Assembly (NCBI RefSeq): GCF_001949145.1
Contig: NW_019091356.1
Coordinates: 4,632,934-4,696,933, forward strand
DNA from: Acanthaster planci
Lineage: Eukaryota
Length of the DNA: 64,000 bases
Reading direction: 5' to 3'
Shown here piece by piece: positions 13,264 to 26,579 of this stretch; within the stretch, counting starts at the first letter, position 1, and each line of letters opens with the position of its first letter. The position numbers and the translations under genes are program-made. The notes under the pieces were generated by a model that was not told the DNA's origin, did not search any database, and saw nothing but the letters and a program-made list of their open reading frames with translations.

Positions 13264-13710
13264 TCAGATAGAGTTGGACACTGATCCTTCAGATCCCATG
13301 ATCTGATGAAGGGCCTACGTGTAGCTCATTCCTCAGCAAGGCTTTCTGTCAGTTTTGGTTTGGCAGTATTATACATGTACTTGTAAAGTGTCTGTACTCG
13401 GAGGTTGAAAAAAATAAATTGCTTGGATGCTAATCTAAAACTTCTATTCTCATGGCCTAAAGAAAAGAAATGACCAGCATTTAGTGTCGTCTTCACTCAT
13501 TGTCAGACTCACTCTCGTCATCGCCAAAGCTAATGATGACACTGGTTTTCGATAGATTCTTGTTTTAAAACTTCAAAAGAGACTACATTTTGTGATTACG
13601 CCTTATCTATTGCAATCGCATGTATAAAACTAGACTACTTGTAACTGTCCCTTTTCATGTCAACAAACTGAATTTTTTTTTGAAAAACCACTAGGCATAA
13701 TAATAATCAT

Positions 13711-13979
13711 CATGGGCAGATCCGGGGGCATGGGGGCACACGCTCCTTTTTTTCACCAATAAATAAATAGATACATAAATAAATAATCGACAAAATGACA
13801 AGAAGCGGACGGAGGCGGAATAATAATAAAAATACTAATAAAAATTGGAAGACCCATCCCCATAAATGTGGAAAAGGTGTAAAAGACAACAGCTCTGCTT
13901 TCCACGCTTCCGGTTACCCAACCTCCTTAAAATTGGTAGTTCACCGCCCCCTCCCCCGAATATCCTGGATCTACCCCGA
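13711..13979. mobile_element. Degenerate MITE-like element (GGGCAGATCC ... GGATCTACCCC ends)
   Basis: Imperfect terminal inverted repeats with G-run/C-run subterminal tracts. A similar element lies at 31641-31859. No clean target-site duplication. Confidence 0.45.
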
Positions 13980-16900
13980 ACCATGACAACTTTCTACGAG
14001 TATAAATGCATCTTAAAGTGACATTTGAGATGGCTTCTGATAATCTCATAATAGTGATAAAAGGGATACAAGCTCAGGGTTTATATAAAGACACTATAGA
14101 CTTGCCAAGTGTAGGCCTACATGGTGTATATACCCTTCTCTCGAAACAGGTCAATCTTTTTATCCGATATTTCTGCTTCATAGCCATCAAATCCCTCCAA
14201 GAATAAGTAATTTTACAAACTCTGTTCCATGAAACTAGGGAAATTCCTTTTGTATCGAGTGGAATTCAAAGAACCCCTTTTACTTGGTACAATTTAACGT
14301 TCCCTTACATAATGGCGAAAAAATATTGATCTTGGAATGCAATGACGTCATCTCGACGTCAAACCAAATGGATCTTTATTTGGACATGGAGAAAAGCTTC
14401 GTGGTTTAGCAGGTTCTATGAAAAGTTCATGACAATTACAAATGGCGTCATCGAATAATATGTAGGGATAGTCAAGGACCATTTCAATCTACTCAATACA
14501 AGAACGGGAATTAATCCGACCCCCGCTTTGCCCTATATGACATTTACAGACATCTCGACTTCAAAGAAACTACACTACAGAGTCAACAATTCCATAACAC
14601 GCTGCTCCGAGTTCTAATCAGACTTCAGGGTCGCACATCGATCCCGAGGTGCTCGGTAACTTTTTTTTCTGGACAAGTCTCACATTCCCTCAGGTACTAA
14701 GACGATCGGTATCGCATCCCGTGTACGATCGAAGAACCACCTGTGTGCAGGAGTTATTGGCTTAGTACCAAGGACTCGTCGATTTGCATGAAGACAAGCA
14801 CTGCACTACGATCCCGTCATGAGACCTTTTATCAACAGTGTGCCTTTCAATAGCATGTTTTAAACATTCTTGTTTCATGTCAAGATTTCGCGGGCCGACA
14901 ACAGTAAGACAATCTATAGATCCTTTTGGGAGTGGAAGGGTACTATAGAAAGAGGGTTGGCTAGAGAGAGAGACGGGACATAACACCGAGAACAGGTGCT
15001 ATGTCCCGTGTAAAAATGTATCATGAAAATAAAGCAATTTAAAATTCGACAACGTGTACCCCCCAAAAAAAATCTCGCCACTTTAAGCAAACTTTCAGCG
15101 CCTGTTGAGAGAAATTGAGATGGTTTGTTGCGAAGAAAACCGCGTGGCATAACCTAATATAGTGGCTAAGGGGCATCATTATGGAGAGGCATAAGTTCTT
15201 TCATTCCATTGAGCTGAGATATGGGTCATGGCAAATATCCACTGAAGGCCACAATCCTTAAGCTGAGATCTTGCTGGTCCAGACGAAAGCTAAACCTTAG
15301 AATACCGAGGAGAGCCACTGCGTAAACACGGGGTGCCTGACTGGGAACTGGTTGAGTAATCACTACAGACCAAGATTCTTCAATTTCCTTTGTGATTTTC
15401 AGCGACTGTGGCCCACATGGTAAAGGACTAAATAAAGCACTTTGTAAGTTGTATCGGATGGTTTTGGCAATCTACATTTCCATTTGAACTGTCGAAAATA
15501 AGGAAAAGGAGTTTGAGCCCACAAGACAAAGAAATGTCTACTCCACTTGCTGCACACTCCACTAATTTTAAGTACAAAAGGGTTAACATTGTCAGAAACC
15601 CACAAGCGAATAAGCAATGCTCCTTCATCCTGCCCCGCGCCGATTTTGACGCAGGTTAAGTGCCTCAGTCATAAGCGATAATCGATATCACCGCGTCTAT
15701 CGCTCAGTACCAAGTCAAAAAATGTTTTTCCCTTTTTCCCGTAGCAAATTGTACCCATGCTGTCATCAGGTCAAGGCAAAGGTTTGGGCCACAAGTGAAC
15801 CTGTTGCAGAAAACGTGCACACAGTTGTTCAGAGCGAGTGCAGGCCAATTTATCAAGCAAGCCTGGCACCGGCTGCGATAGCAATTATACGGTTGCCCTC
15901 ATGCCAAATGGACCCTAATAACAGGCTGCGGCTACGGCTATTTATAATGTCAGCTTGCACGTACGTATAAGTCGCACGTGATCGAAGCGGAACGCCATCG
16001 CCATAGGTACGGCCTCAAATTTGCAAAGTCGTAACTCAAGCTAAACTCCACGATACCGGTAAAGGCCAAAACATGATGTCATGACTCCCTGACTGGTTTT
16101 CCGATTTTTTACCCGGAATCGGAGCACGAACAAACTAGGGCGCACTGAAGAAAGTGCTCGGTCAAAAAGACTCAAGTATTCATTTGTTATAAAAATTATT
16201 TGTTTTATGCATTCATAAAAGTCGGAAGGTAAACGGTATGTGTTATCGGATTAAAACAGATCATAAATGATGCATTTAAGAAGACAATTCCTTTGGTTAT
16301 CACGCTTAATAGGCACAAAAAATGAACGAAATCTAATCCAAAAGGAATAAAAAATCATGCATTAAAATATAAATACACCAATCCATCAGATAGTAAAATC
16401 ACATGGATTTAATTTCATAGTGTTTCCAAGCCAAAAATTTCAAGTTTACAAGTGAATGGTTTGTGACATTCCTTTCAAAATTTAAACAGCATTGTCGAAT
16501 GGACAGCTATTTCCACTCAGTTGTAAATTTAAAACGTGGAATTCACGGTCAGCTTGAATATGTAAATATTTTCACAAATAAGATACCCATCTGTAATTAA
16601 ACATGCAAAATTGCGAGAAACAACTTAAAGAACATTAAAGTCTATTCTCAAAGATGAATTGAATCAAAATTTCTTTTATAGAAATTACCACTTGAATGTA
16701 AGAAACCTTGAAAACAATTTTGAGAAGTAAAGTTCCTGAATATCATATTGTGGTTGCCTTGGTAGCAAATGTAGCCTTCATTTTTTTTTTCTGAACATGT
16801 CTGAACATAATGTCATGTTGCTTAGGATGATGAGGCCGCTCTCAGCAAAACGAGAACAGCGCCCTCTTTTGTTGATTGATGTCAACGACTCATGTAAGGC

Positions 16901-17257
16901 TTATGTCTTCATCAACTCGCTAAATTATACATGCACATTAAAGTTATGAATGGCTTTCATTCCATTGAAGTCAAAATCTTTTTGAGAGGACATCAACTGG
17001 TTTGTACTGGATATTATCCTTGTTCTGTCTGTTCCATAAATGAACCATTATACACAGTTTTAAAGTTAAGAAATTAGAATTGAAGCTAGCCATCTCTGAT
17101 ACGAAATGATGTTTATTTCAATTTCAAAAATTTAAAGCTTTTAGTATTTAAAGATGGCTAGCTTATGCTTTCTGTTGCAAAATACACTTGTCAAAAGTGG
17201 CAAATATTTGCCAGCAGTGTTAACCTGAGTTGGAGGTACTCACGAGGCTGTGTATCT

Positions 17258-20200
17258 CTAGAGGACTTTATACTTGTCAGCTGCTTTTATAAGATGTTCA
17301 TGAATCTTGGGTTCCCTGGAGTAGTGGCCAGCTGTGAGCATACAAAGCTCTGATTTGGGAAGTCTCTAGAAAGACAATTTACCGGAATTGTGCTATGAAA
17401 TTCTGTGTTGCTAAAATGATCAAAGATTGATGCATTATGTCCAAAATGCCAAAGTAGGGCAGGGTTCATAGAGATGCTACGCCATCTCAAAAGACTTGTC
17501 CATAGTATTTTTTGTTAATTGTTTCTCACCTGATGAAGTTTGAAGGCTGTGTCAGGTGGGCATACAACATCGTAACGCCCTTGAATTATGCTGCATGGAA
17601 TGTCCTGTAGCTTGTATGCATTGTCCAAGATGTATGTATCTGACTTTAAGAATCCTCTGTTGATCATATAGTGGCTGGAAAATGATACAAATTTGAGACC
17701 TTCTTCAAAACAGTAGTATAGTGGATTGATATTGATAATTAAAGTGATACTGTTTTAATAAATATCTCTGACGTCCTGATAGGTGTTAGCGCTCTAGTCC
17801 TCAAATTTGGTGACAAAGTAAAATGGCAAATAGCTCTAATCTAAACAGTGAAAAAACAGTCTCAGATGTGGGATGCAACCCCTGAATCACATTCCTGACA
17901 ATCCTTATGAAGCAACTAAATAAAGCGGAGACTTGAAGCTAGTCAGCATGAAAGATGTTCTGTCGTCATTGTGGGACTTGAACGAAGACCTAATAGCAGA
18001 TGGATACAGATGGAATTACTCTCCATGCAGAGCTATTAAGACAAGATCAACTCACCACTCAATCATGGCAAACTGTGTCACCCATAGATCATTGGTCACT
18101 TTGATGGCTGCCTCTTCGTCGGGGATCAGTTTGGAGACTGAGCACTCCCATAGACTCCAAGCCCTGGCACATGCCATCTTGGCGTCTTCATCATCACCTG
18201 TGAGTCTCTTGTAATAGGCTGAGACAAGATCCCCTCGCTCCTCCTTGAAATGAGAGGAGAGATATACGAATTAATTCAAAGGTGACTCAGACAAGCAAAG
18301 ACATGGACAAACAAACAGATGAACAAAGCTACCAGCTGCAGCGCTCAAAACTTGTTTAATGTTCATTGAAAGAAGCTCATGAATGTGGAGTGATATCATG
18401 CATGGCATCTCATCCAGTAAACAGCTAATGTGGTTTCACACAGAAAAAAAGAGAGAGACTGGACCCTACTGCATGACCCTTCAACCAATTGCAACATGAC
18501 CAAGCATGACTATTACCTCAGGAATGACCGAGATGTAGTTGTCCCAATGATCTGGGAAAAACAAGTTAGCTCCCTCTTGATAAAGCCACTGAACCTCTTT
18601 CCTGTGAAGATGCCAAAATGTAAAATAAATTAATGCAAATTCCCAGCTAATTGTTAATAATAACACTGTGTTTAACAAAGGTGCACTTACCACAGGGGGG
18701 AGATATAAACTTCACTGACATAACCAGAGTTGCACTATTGCCCTCACTTCTGGTCAATATACATATCATTATATTGCAATATTACACTCACCACTGAAAT
18801 GCAAAGACGCCCCTAAGGATCATAGCTTTGACCCTCTCGGGGTGTGTCTCTGCATACAAGAGGCACAGTGTTGCTCCCCAACTACCTCCAAATATTACCC
18901 ATCGGTCGATGTTGAGATGTTCTCTGACCCTCTCAATGTCATCCACTATAAGCCATGAGGTGTTGTTCTGATGGGAGATAACAATGACCGAATGAAAAAT
19001 AAGACTTGAACCTCAGAGAAGCGGACGTGAAGGATAGGGCGGCAACCAACTCTATGCCTTCAAGCATCTTGTCGGAAAAGTCACATCTCTCAAGCTTTCC
19101 ACAACAGCAATTTGTTGGTTCTCCTAGATTACTAACCTTTACTTCTGCAGCTGGAGTTGACTTGCCTGCTCCTCGTTGATCAAAGATGACAATTCGGTAG
19201 AATTGAGGGTCAAAGTAGCAACGATCAGCAGGGCTGCTCCCACCACCTGGCCCACCATGTCTACAAACAAAGAGCAATCAAAGGGAATATCAATGCATGG
19301 GGAATTAATCTCAGGCAAACAATAGGCAAACAATAGGCCTAGCTGTCTACAAGAAACCAATTAATTAATAAACCACTCAACAGTTGCACCATGGAGGATT
19401 GTCAAAGTGGTTGTACCAGGGCCCGGACAAAATTCCCTTTCAGCAAAAACTGTTTTCTTGTGAAATTTTCATCAGTGTTATACTGCATTCCTACAGGAAA
19501 AATTAGATTTAATCCGACCAACTGTCCTACATGTATGCGTTTTTTGTAAAATAATTGGAAAGAATTGTAAAAATCTATTTTGTTTCGAAACTCACAACTG
19601 TCAGGTTTCAATGCATACAGAAAAATCAGGGAGTGGAACCCCCCCCACCCAAATGACAATCACTAAAAGGAGAGAAATTATTTTTCTAATACCAATGACC
19701 TATCCATATGCAGTGGTACAATATTAATATGGGGGGACAGGCACAACCTGTACGCAAGCTGCAGTTAGTCATTAATTGGCTTTCCATGCTCAACTGAACA
19801 AAACCCCAACGCCAGACGCCCCCACTGCAGCTCTCTAGAAAATTCAGTCATTAAACAGCTGTTAGTGTTAGATTGAGACCGCTGTCAGAGTCCCATGTGA
19901 AAAACATAACATGGAGAGCTAGAAAGGACAGCTCCATGATCATAATGATGAATATAATGAGTTTGAGCGCAATCGCTCGATCTTTGCGCAGTCAGTCAAA
20001 TCATTGCCGAGAACTCCACAATAAGCCTACTGCATTACTTTCCAAATCGCAGGTGTGGACCACTGTTTCGAAAAAGGAGGATCAACAACTGATTGATATC
20101 GCACCGATCGACAGATGGCGCCAAACACTACACACGTACACAAACAACACGGGATTTCCGTCTGGTTTGCCACATTGCTCGTAGTACAGCTCATGAATGT

Positions 20201-20267
20201 CGTCCACTTTCAGCCTGCCTGTGTCGTACGGTTCGATTGGTGGGTAAAATCTCCCCTCCTCTGACAT
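17258..20267 (-). CDS. pip: Proline iminopeptidase (peptidase S33, alpha/beta hydrolase), 317 aa
   Basis: 7 exons: 20267-20140, 19260-19137, 18967-18792, 18601-18517, 18243-18056, 17674-17530, 17365-17258 (954 nt). Motifs: YPPIEPYDTGRLKVDDIHELYYEQCGKPDG, HGGPG, FDQRGAGKSTP, GGSWG (catalytic Ser), QGRYDVVCP (Asp), AGH (His). Confidence 0.93.
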
Positions 20268-20654
20268 ATTCTCATCAAATCCGTCGAAACAATGGATGGT
20301 AAATTTCCTCAGACAACACGTAATGAAAAACCTACTGCACATTATCATGTATAATCGATCAATCAGGATCGACCGGTCATGCGCACGGTCGATTAAACGG
20401 CTGTTGCCTGTACACCAAATGTCTAGCATGCAACAGTCGTAGGTGATTTGCATTAACTTCAGCCAATCACAAAAAACCATACATTACATCTTGGAATTTT
20501 ATTTCATTACTTTGAAACACAATTTAACAAAATTATAAATATATACGATGCTAATAAAAACTTTCATGCCAATTTTAAGTCATTAAAGACTTCTCTGGCT
20601 CCCCCAAATGGACCACTTTGATTGTGGTTAAATTCAGCAGAGTAATGACTCTCC

Positions 20655-23600
20655 TCACAGAATCACAGACTTTCCCAACTTGATGGCTGAAGCAGACTGG
20701 TCTAGTTCTTGGACTCCTGTGACTATATTTGCATCAATTCGCATGACTGTTTTCAGCAATGCCCACGCACTTTCCCAAGCTGATTTCTTTGTACTAAAAC
20801 CGTCATACACAGCAAAGCTCGCTGGAGTTGTTTGCCTACAGCTGTAGTTCTCCTTTCCATTTGGAGCTGCTGAATCTGTTCTTGAGTTTAAATTCGAACT
20901 GATTTTTAAATGAGACTCATTTGCTTGCTTCTGTCCATCTTTAAAACTGTCACTTTTGCACAAGGGGTCATTATCAGTTTGATCCGGTCTCAACTGGCTA
21001 CAGTCAGTTTGTTCGGCTTTGCTTTCCAACAACCTGATTCCAGTGGTAACAACTTTGCATGGATTTAGTTGCAGCTCAGACTGGAATGAACTAGACAGAA
21101 CTGGTTCTAACTGGTCCCTTTCTACTGCATTCATTATCATAGCCTTGGCTAGAGATAAGTCCTCCAACTTTCCCATGTTCTTCAAGACTTGTATCAGGTA
21201 GTGAACGAATCCATCAACAAATGCTGACACAATGGTGCTTTTCCAGCAAGACAAGTTGTCATGGTTACTAACAGAGGTAACAGAGTCTGAAAGATACAGA
21301 TAAACAAGTTTAATAAAGGTCTCATTGGTAATTGAGAATGCATCTAGTCCATTTACCAGCAATTAAGAAAGCAAATCATATTTTAGACTCACTCAGCTAT
21401 TAAAATCCAGTCAATTTTTGCAATTTCAAAATATTCTGCCTATTTGGATACATAGGTGTGTAAAATCGTCAAATACCATTGGCATTGAGCTGCAGGAGTT
21501 GTTTGATGGCTATCTGCTCAGGCAATCCAGCTCCAGGCAGGAAACAGCCGTCTGCTACTGTCGCCTGAAGTCTGTGAGTGCTGGCCCAGAATCTAGCCTC
21601 GGATGCAGGAAGAAGGTTCCCAACAGGGTTGCAGAGGACGACAGTCTGTCAAGAAACCAATGAGGAACAGGAGTTTTCATAAGTGGAGAGAGGTTTGAGG
21701 TTGGCAGAGATTCAAGGAGACAACAGGAGTAAAGGAAAAATGAGAGTTTGAAAAAAAACAATATTAGAGATGGTAAGATGAGACTGGTTATATCAACGAA
21801 GTAGATGATGAGAAATTATAAATCATAAAAATTGTAAAATAATGATGTTGAGAATGATAAGTATTAAAAGAACTAAGATAAATTAGCAATCATTCAAACT
21901 ATTTCAGAATCAACCTACCTGTAATATCTTCCCATCTACACAAATCCTTACAAACATCTTCCTCTTCAGGTCGGGATCCTTTACCCTGGTCCTCCCTACC
22001 CATCCTGACTCCCAGCATTCCACGGTGATACCACAAGCTGTGTCGTCTAGTGTAGCATCAGTGAGGTAGGTGAGTACAGGGGCACTGCATGCTTCCTCCA
22101 GAGCTAAGAGGGTCTTGTAAGATACACCTTGAAGAAGAAGGATCTTCTTGGATAGGCAGTGATGAACGAGGTGCTCGTCGGCAAGGCCTTTCAGGATGAG
22201 CAATTCAACATCAAGCTGTGAAGATCAAAAACAGCAACATTCTCAAGACCACTGGACATCTTAGACAAACTATGCACAAGACAATGCTATGATTTAACAA
22301 TTGCAGCTAATCTGATACCTCTTGAATCAGTCGAACTATCTGCGAGAGCCACTCCTTCTCATCTGTTGACGGCCTTCCTGTCCATGTGTTGACCGTCGTC
22401 ATCTTGACTTTATTCTTGTATCCAGCATGCTTGAAGGATGGCTTAGCATCTCCATTAATAAGCTGAATGGAAATTGGACAGAGAGAAAGTGTTCATAAGA
22501 ATTACAAATCGACCTCTGTTTATTTCTTTGTTCAACAGTCAAAGGTAGAAGCTAAACGTTTGAGAACTGACAAGAAAAGGTTTCATTATCATAAAGAGAT
22601 ACTTGACATTTTTTTTTTTCATCCATTTTCGTTACCAGTTAACTTCAAATTATACTTCTCCATATAGATTAGAAGGTACTGACAATGCACACCAGCACTA
22701 TACTTCTGCATTAAAAATCTGCTAGTTATCTGATGTTCATATGAGATCCATCATGGCATTCAAAGATGTTCGTATGTCAGGAAACCTGTGTTGGATAAGA
22801 CAGATTGTCTCTTACCAGCGCCTTCAGATGTCTTCCTTCAGTTTTTGCAATTATGGGTCTCTGATGATGATCAACAGGTAGCAGCAGACCGTCTTGAAGA
22901 TGAGAATCCGAGACTGGTGGCCCAGCAATCGTGCACACATTAATGCGCTTCAGGTCTGGCATCCTACAGATGCAACACAAGGTATGGGTTTATGAGAATT
23001 TGTACAATTAAGTCACCCTGCTAAGCTATCACAAACAAACATGTACATACCTTGTCGAATCATCCTCTGACCGATTGCCACTGAGTGCCCGAAGAGCCTG
23101 AACGACTAATCTCATTTCAAGTTCAGATCCATGACTTAATCCTAGTCTGCAAAGTGAAATTAATGATATTGATCTTTACTAGACAGTAAACATGACAGCA
23201 AAATTCAGTTTGTTAAATCAATAAAATAAAAAAAATACTTAAAACTTTGTAACTCTTTTTATTTTAAACTCATTCATTGGAAGTAGGATTTGCATTGATA
23301 ATTACCCGAGCTGCACAATATTTGGTACTAGCTGTTCACTAGCTTCGTGCACATCTTGCGTACTTGTTGGGGTATTCCTATCAGTCTTGGAGGCTACATG
23401 GGAAAGTCTTGCTTCCAGACAGTCACTTCTGAATTTCGAGATCTTCTCAGGCTCATCATTGTCCTCAGGTTCAGTCGATGCAATCTGTGGGTTCAACACC
23501 TGACCTGAGGTCAGATCTGTTTCATGCAATACATCCTGTGCACAAGCAGTTTCTACTGTTCTGAAATGCCTGCTGTTGGTTTGGACCCTGAGTAGTCTCA

Positions 23601-25995
23601 TTGCAGCCGTCTCATTGGTTCTGACCTCGACAAGATTTCCAAGTGTTTCGCGTATTTCAGGTGCATTCTCCTGATGGGGTTTAGCCAGAGCACTGCCTGG
23701 CAAGTCGCATTTCTTACTTGTAGCAAGCAATATGCTTCCCTGGTTAAAGTTTGTTGCATCTTCGGCCGATAATTGTGAAGGAAATGTGTCATATTTCAAT
23801 TCACTTTGGCCACCTCTTTCTGAACTTTGTTCATGACCGTTATGCTGCTTTATCACAGTTTCAACACTTCTGAAATGTCGGCTTATATTCTGTACATTGC
23901 TCAGTTGCTCTGAGAGCATTTTTTGCTGTTTTGATTGCACAAGGGTTTGGATTGCTTCTGAGATTGCACTGGGACATTTGGATTGAGTCGAAGGAGCCTG
24001 AGACTTAACATCTGCACCATTACAAGACAAGCCTGAATTGATTTCTTGGTTACTTGCTGGTATCTGTAGAATTTCTGAAGATTTTTGAAAACTGACATCA
24101 AGCTTTTCGTCTAGTAGTTTGCCATTTTTAAATTTTTCTCCTGAACACTTCCAACTAGAAGTCATTTTTTCTGCAGCAAAACATGAGTCAAAGTCATCAT
24201 CTGAGTCAGCTTGAGGTGGTTTTCCAGTGGACGTTTCTGCTGGAGACCCATGATGAAAGGCAACCTCTTCAATAGGCAAGCACAAGTCAAAGTCGTCATC
24301 ACTGTCGTGCTGAGCAGGTTTTCCACTGACTTTTTCCAAAGGAAATGTGGAACAGGCATCTAGTTCCTCCACAGGAAAACTAGGATCAAATTCACTACCA
24401 ATATCACCCCACACCTGTCCACTATTACTTCCTTTGCTTGTTACTTCCTCTGAAATTTGACAACTAGGACTTGATGCCTTCCTTAAAAAAGTGGAATGGA
24501 GTTTGTCTCGAGTAAACTGTCTGTCCAGTGCTTCGATTATGTCTTCACAGTCGGCTTTATGATATTCCAAAGAATATTCCCGAGACTGGGAAGTTCCTTC
24601 AAAGAACCAAGAAACATCATCATCAGCTTTGACATCAAGTTCCAACTTTCCTGGAGGTCCAGCTGTAGCAAGTTTTGCTCCAGAGTTGAAGTTTTCAGAA
24701 TAGTCATATTGCTGCTTGCTAAACTGAACTTGTATAAACTGTTGATCTGGATCATCATGATTAGTTGATATATATGTTGGAAAAGAATCAAGTGCCTCTG
24801 TTGATATGCCAAGTGCACTGCAGGAGTTGATTCTGAGATCAGGTTTGACTGGATGGGAACTGTGTGGTTTCCCAGTATTTAATTGATCTGTTCTGGCAGA
24901 CCTTTTGCAAGAAGTATTGGCATGGGGATCAGCACCAAAGAACGTTTCGCTGCCACTGAGCTCAGAATTGTGGGTAGCAATAGCCTCTAAGGTTGATAAG
25001 CACTGCTCCAAACACTCATCTCCATGTTGAATAATCGCTGGTGCAGGAACACCCTACAGGGAGAGCATATCACAAAAGAAACACAGGTATAAATAACAGG
25101 CTGACTTTGTATGAGACTCTTTATGTCATCATAGACCCTTGTTGTGTATAAATACCTGTGCTAGGAGTGCATGTACCTCTGTTGCCCAAAGGCCTGCCAG
25201 TGTTATCATGGTGGTGGTTCCAGTGCCGTGTGATTTGTGGTGGGCTAAACAAGCCTCAACAGCTACACGACCCACTGGATGCTGTAGGAAGAACAGGAGA
25301 GAACATCCTAAATTGTTGAAGGAATCAAATTATTATGGAAACTTTGAAAAAAGTTTATGTTTTATCTTTACTAAGACTGTGTGTCTGTGGATTTGCAGTC
25401 GGGCTTAGAAAATCTTGGGTGATAAATGTTTCAACAAAATGAAACAAAATTCAACTTCTGAAATTTACATAGTAGTGATAGAAGTGCAAATACATGTAAA
25501 TTTAACCAGAATTTCCAATATAGTAAAAGGAAGAAACTTGAATCTTGAGAGAAAGTAAAGGTTTCAGAAATGGCAACAGTATAACTCCACACCTCAACAT
25601 CTAGCTTACACAGAAGCTCTGAACAGCTGGAAATAAGACTACTATCCTCGTCTTCATTTTCAAGGAGGCATTTTATCCTGCAAAAATGAAATACAAGTTT
25701 GAATTGCCAGTTAGTGAATTTCACTTTAAATGGTGACTGCACGTAGGCTGCTTTAATTTTAAGAATCCTCAAATTATGATCATAAGTAAAACTTGCAAAA
25801 CTTTTAACAATAACATGTTTATCCAGCACTTCAGTTGTAGGGCTAGGTGCGTTTTATCTCAATAGTTAAAAGTAACAAAACACCTTCATATGTGAAAAAA
25901 CACTTAACATAAGGATCATGAGCTGCTTGTTTGGGTAACAGTTATATAGCATAACTACCTTTGATCTGGTCCGAGAAACGATTTGGCAGAAGAAC
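20655..25995 (-). CDS. BBS12: Bardet-Biedl syndrome 12 chaperonin-like protein (~1160 aa plus an unresolved first exon)
   Basis: Exons 25995-25959 (SSAKSFLGPDQR), 25677-25593, 25281-25156 (HPVGRVAVEAC...GTGTTTMITLAGLW), 25053-23306, 23146-23051 (GLSHGSELEMRLV), 22963-22816, 22462-22319 (LINGD...FKHAGY), 22215-21919, 21645-21477 (EARFW...PGAG), 21286-20655 (VYDGFSTKKSAW...IDANIVTG). All phases are consistent and the motifs match BBS12 as I recall it. The start exon is uncertain (candidate 26409-26367, MKRGRGCEGRPLNH). Confidence 0.88.
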
Positions 25996-25999
25996 CTGA

Positions 26000-26579
26000 A
26001 ATAAAAACAATATAATGAAAAGCCAAGTCTTGGAAGAGAAGAACCTAGCACGAAAAGTAATGAGGAATTATGACTGATTAATGGTTTTACATAAAATGAA
26101 CCAGTCCAATTTTTTCCAGATAAGGATGGGACAGTATAGGTCTGGTCGAAGTAACCATTGAAAGCAAGGATTCCCCATCAGTTGACGTGACTGATACAAC
26201 TCCGAATGCGCTCGGTGCAAAAACATTTGATGTGATTCTACCTCCATGATCTTACTGTCTTTCATGACTTTTCAACAAACAACAGTCGACTTTAAAAACA
26301 CTCACATATCGCAGTCAGTACTTGTAATGAAGACAAATTCGTCATCGTCGTTTGCGTATATTTTACCGTGATTTAACGGCCTTCCTTCACACCCACGGCC
26401 ACGCTTCATCAGCACATCGAACAGCGAGGATTTTTTGTTTACAGTTAATAACATCCAGCAGTCTGGTCCTCGGCTCAATGGTCTATTTTTGTATTAAACT
26501 CTAGCATTCAGAAGAGGTAATAAGACTACGATAATTTTTTGTGAAGTGCGCCCTCAAGAGGCCAATAGTGTTAAGCAAG
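26000..26579. promoter_or_regulatory. Probable bidirectional promoter between BBS12 and TTC19
   Basis: Divergent genes with under 600 bp between identified coding exons. A YY1-type AAGATGGCGGC motif overlaps the TTC19 ATG. Confidence 0.55.

Noticed and set aside
13304..13335. Hammerhead ribozyme (CTGATGA)
   Set aside because: No correctly placed GAAA or closing helices.
26151..26164. X-box for BBS12 (GTAACCATTGAAAG)
   Set aside because: Two mismatches in the conserved half-site; too weak to call.
26068..26265. ORF MKDSKIMEVESH... as BBS12 first exon
   Set aside because: No convincing phase-1 donor joins it to the 25995 exon; the first exon is left unresolved.
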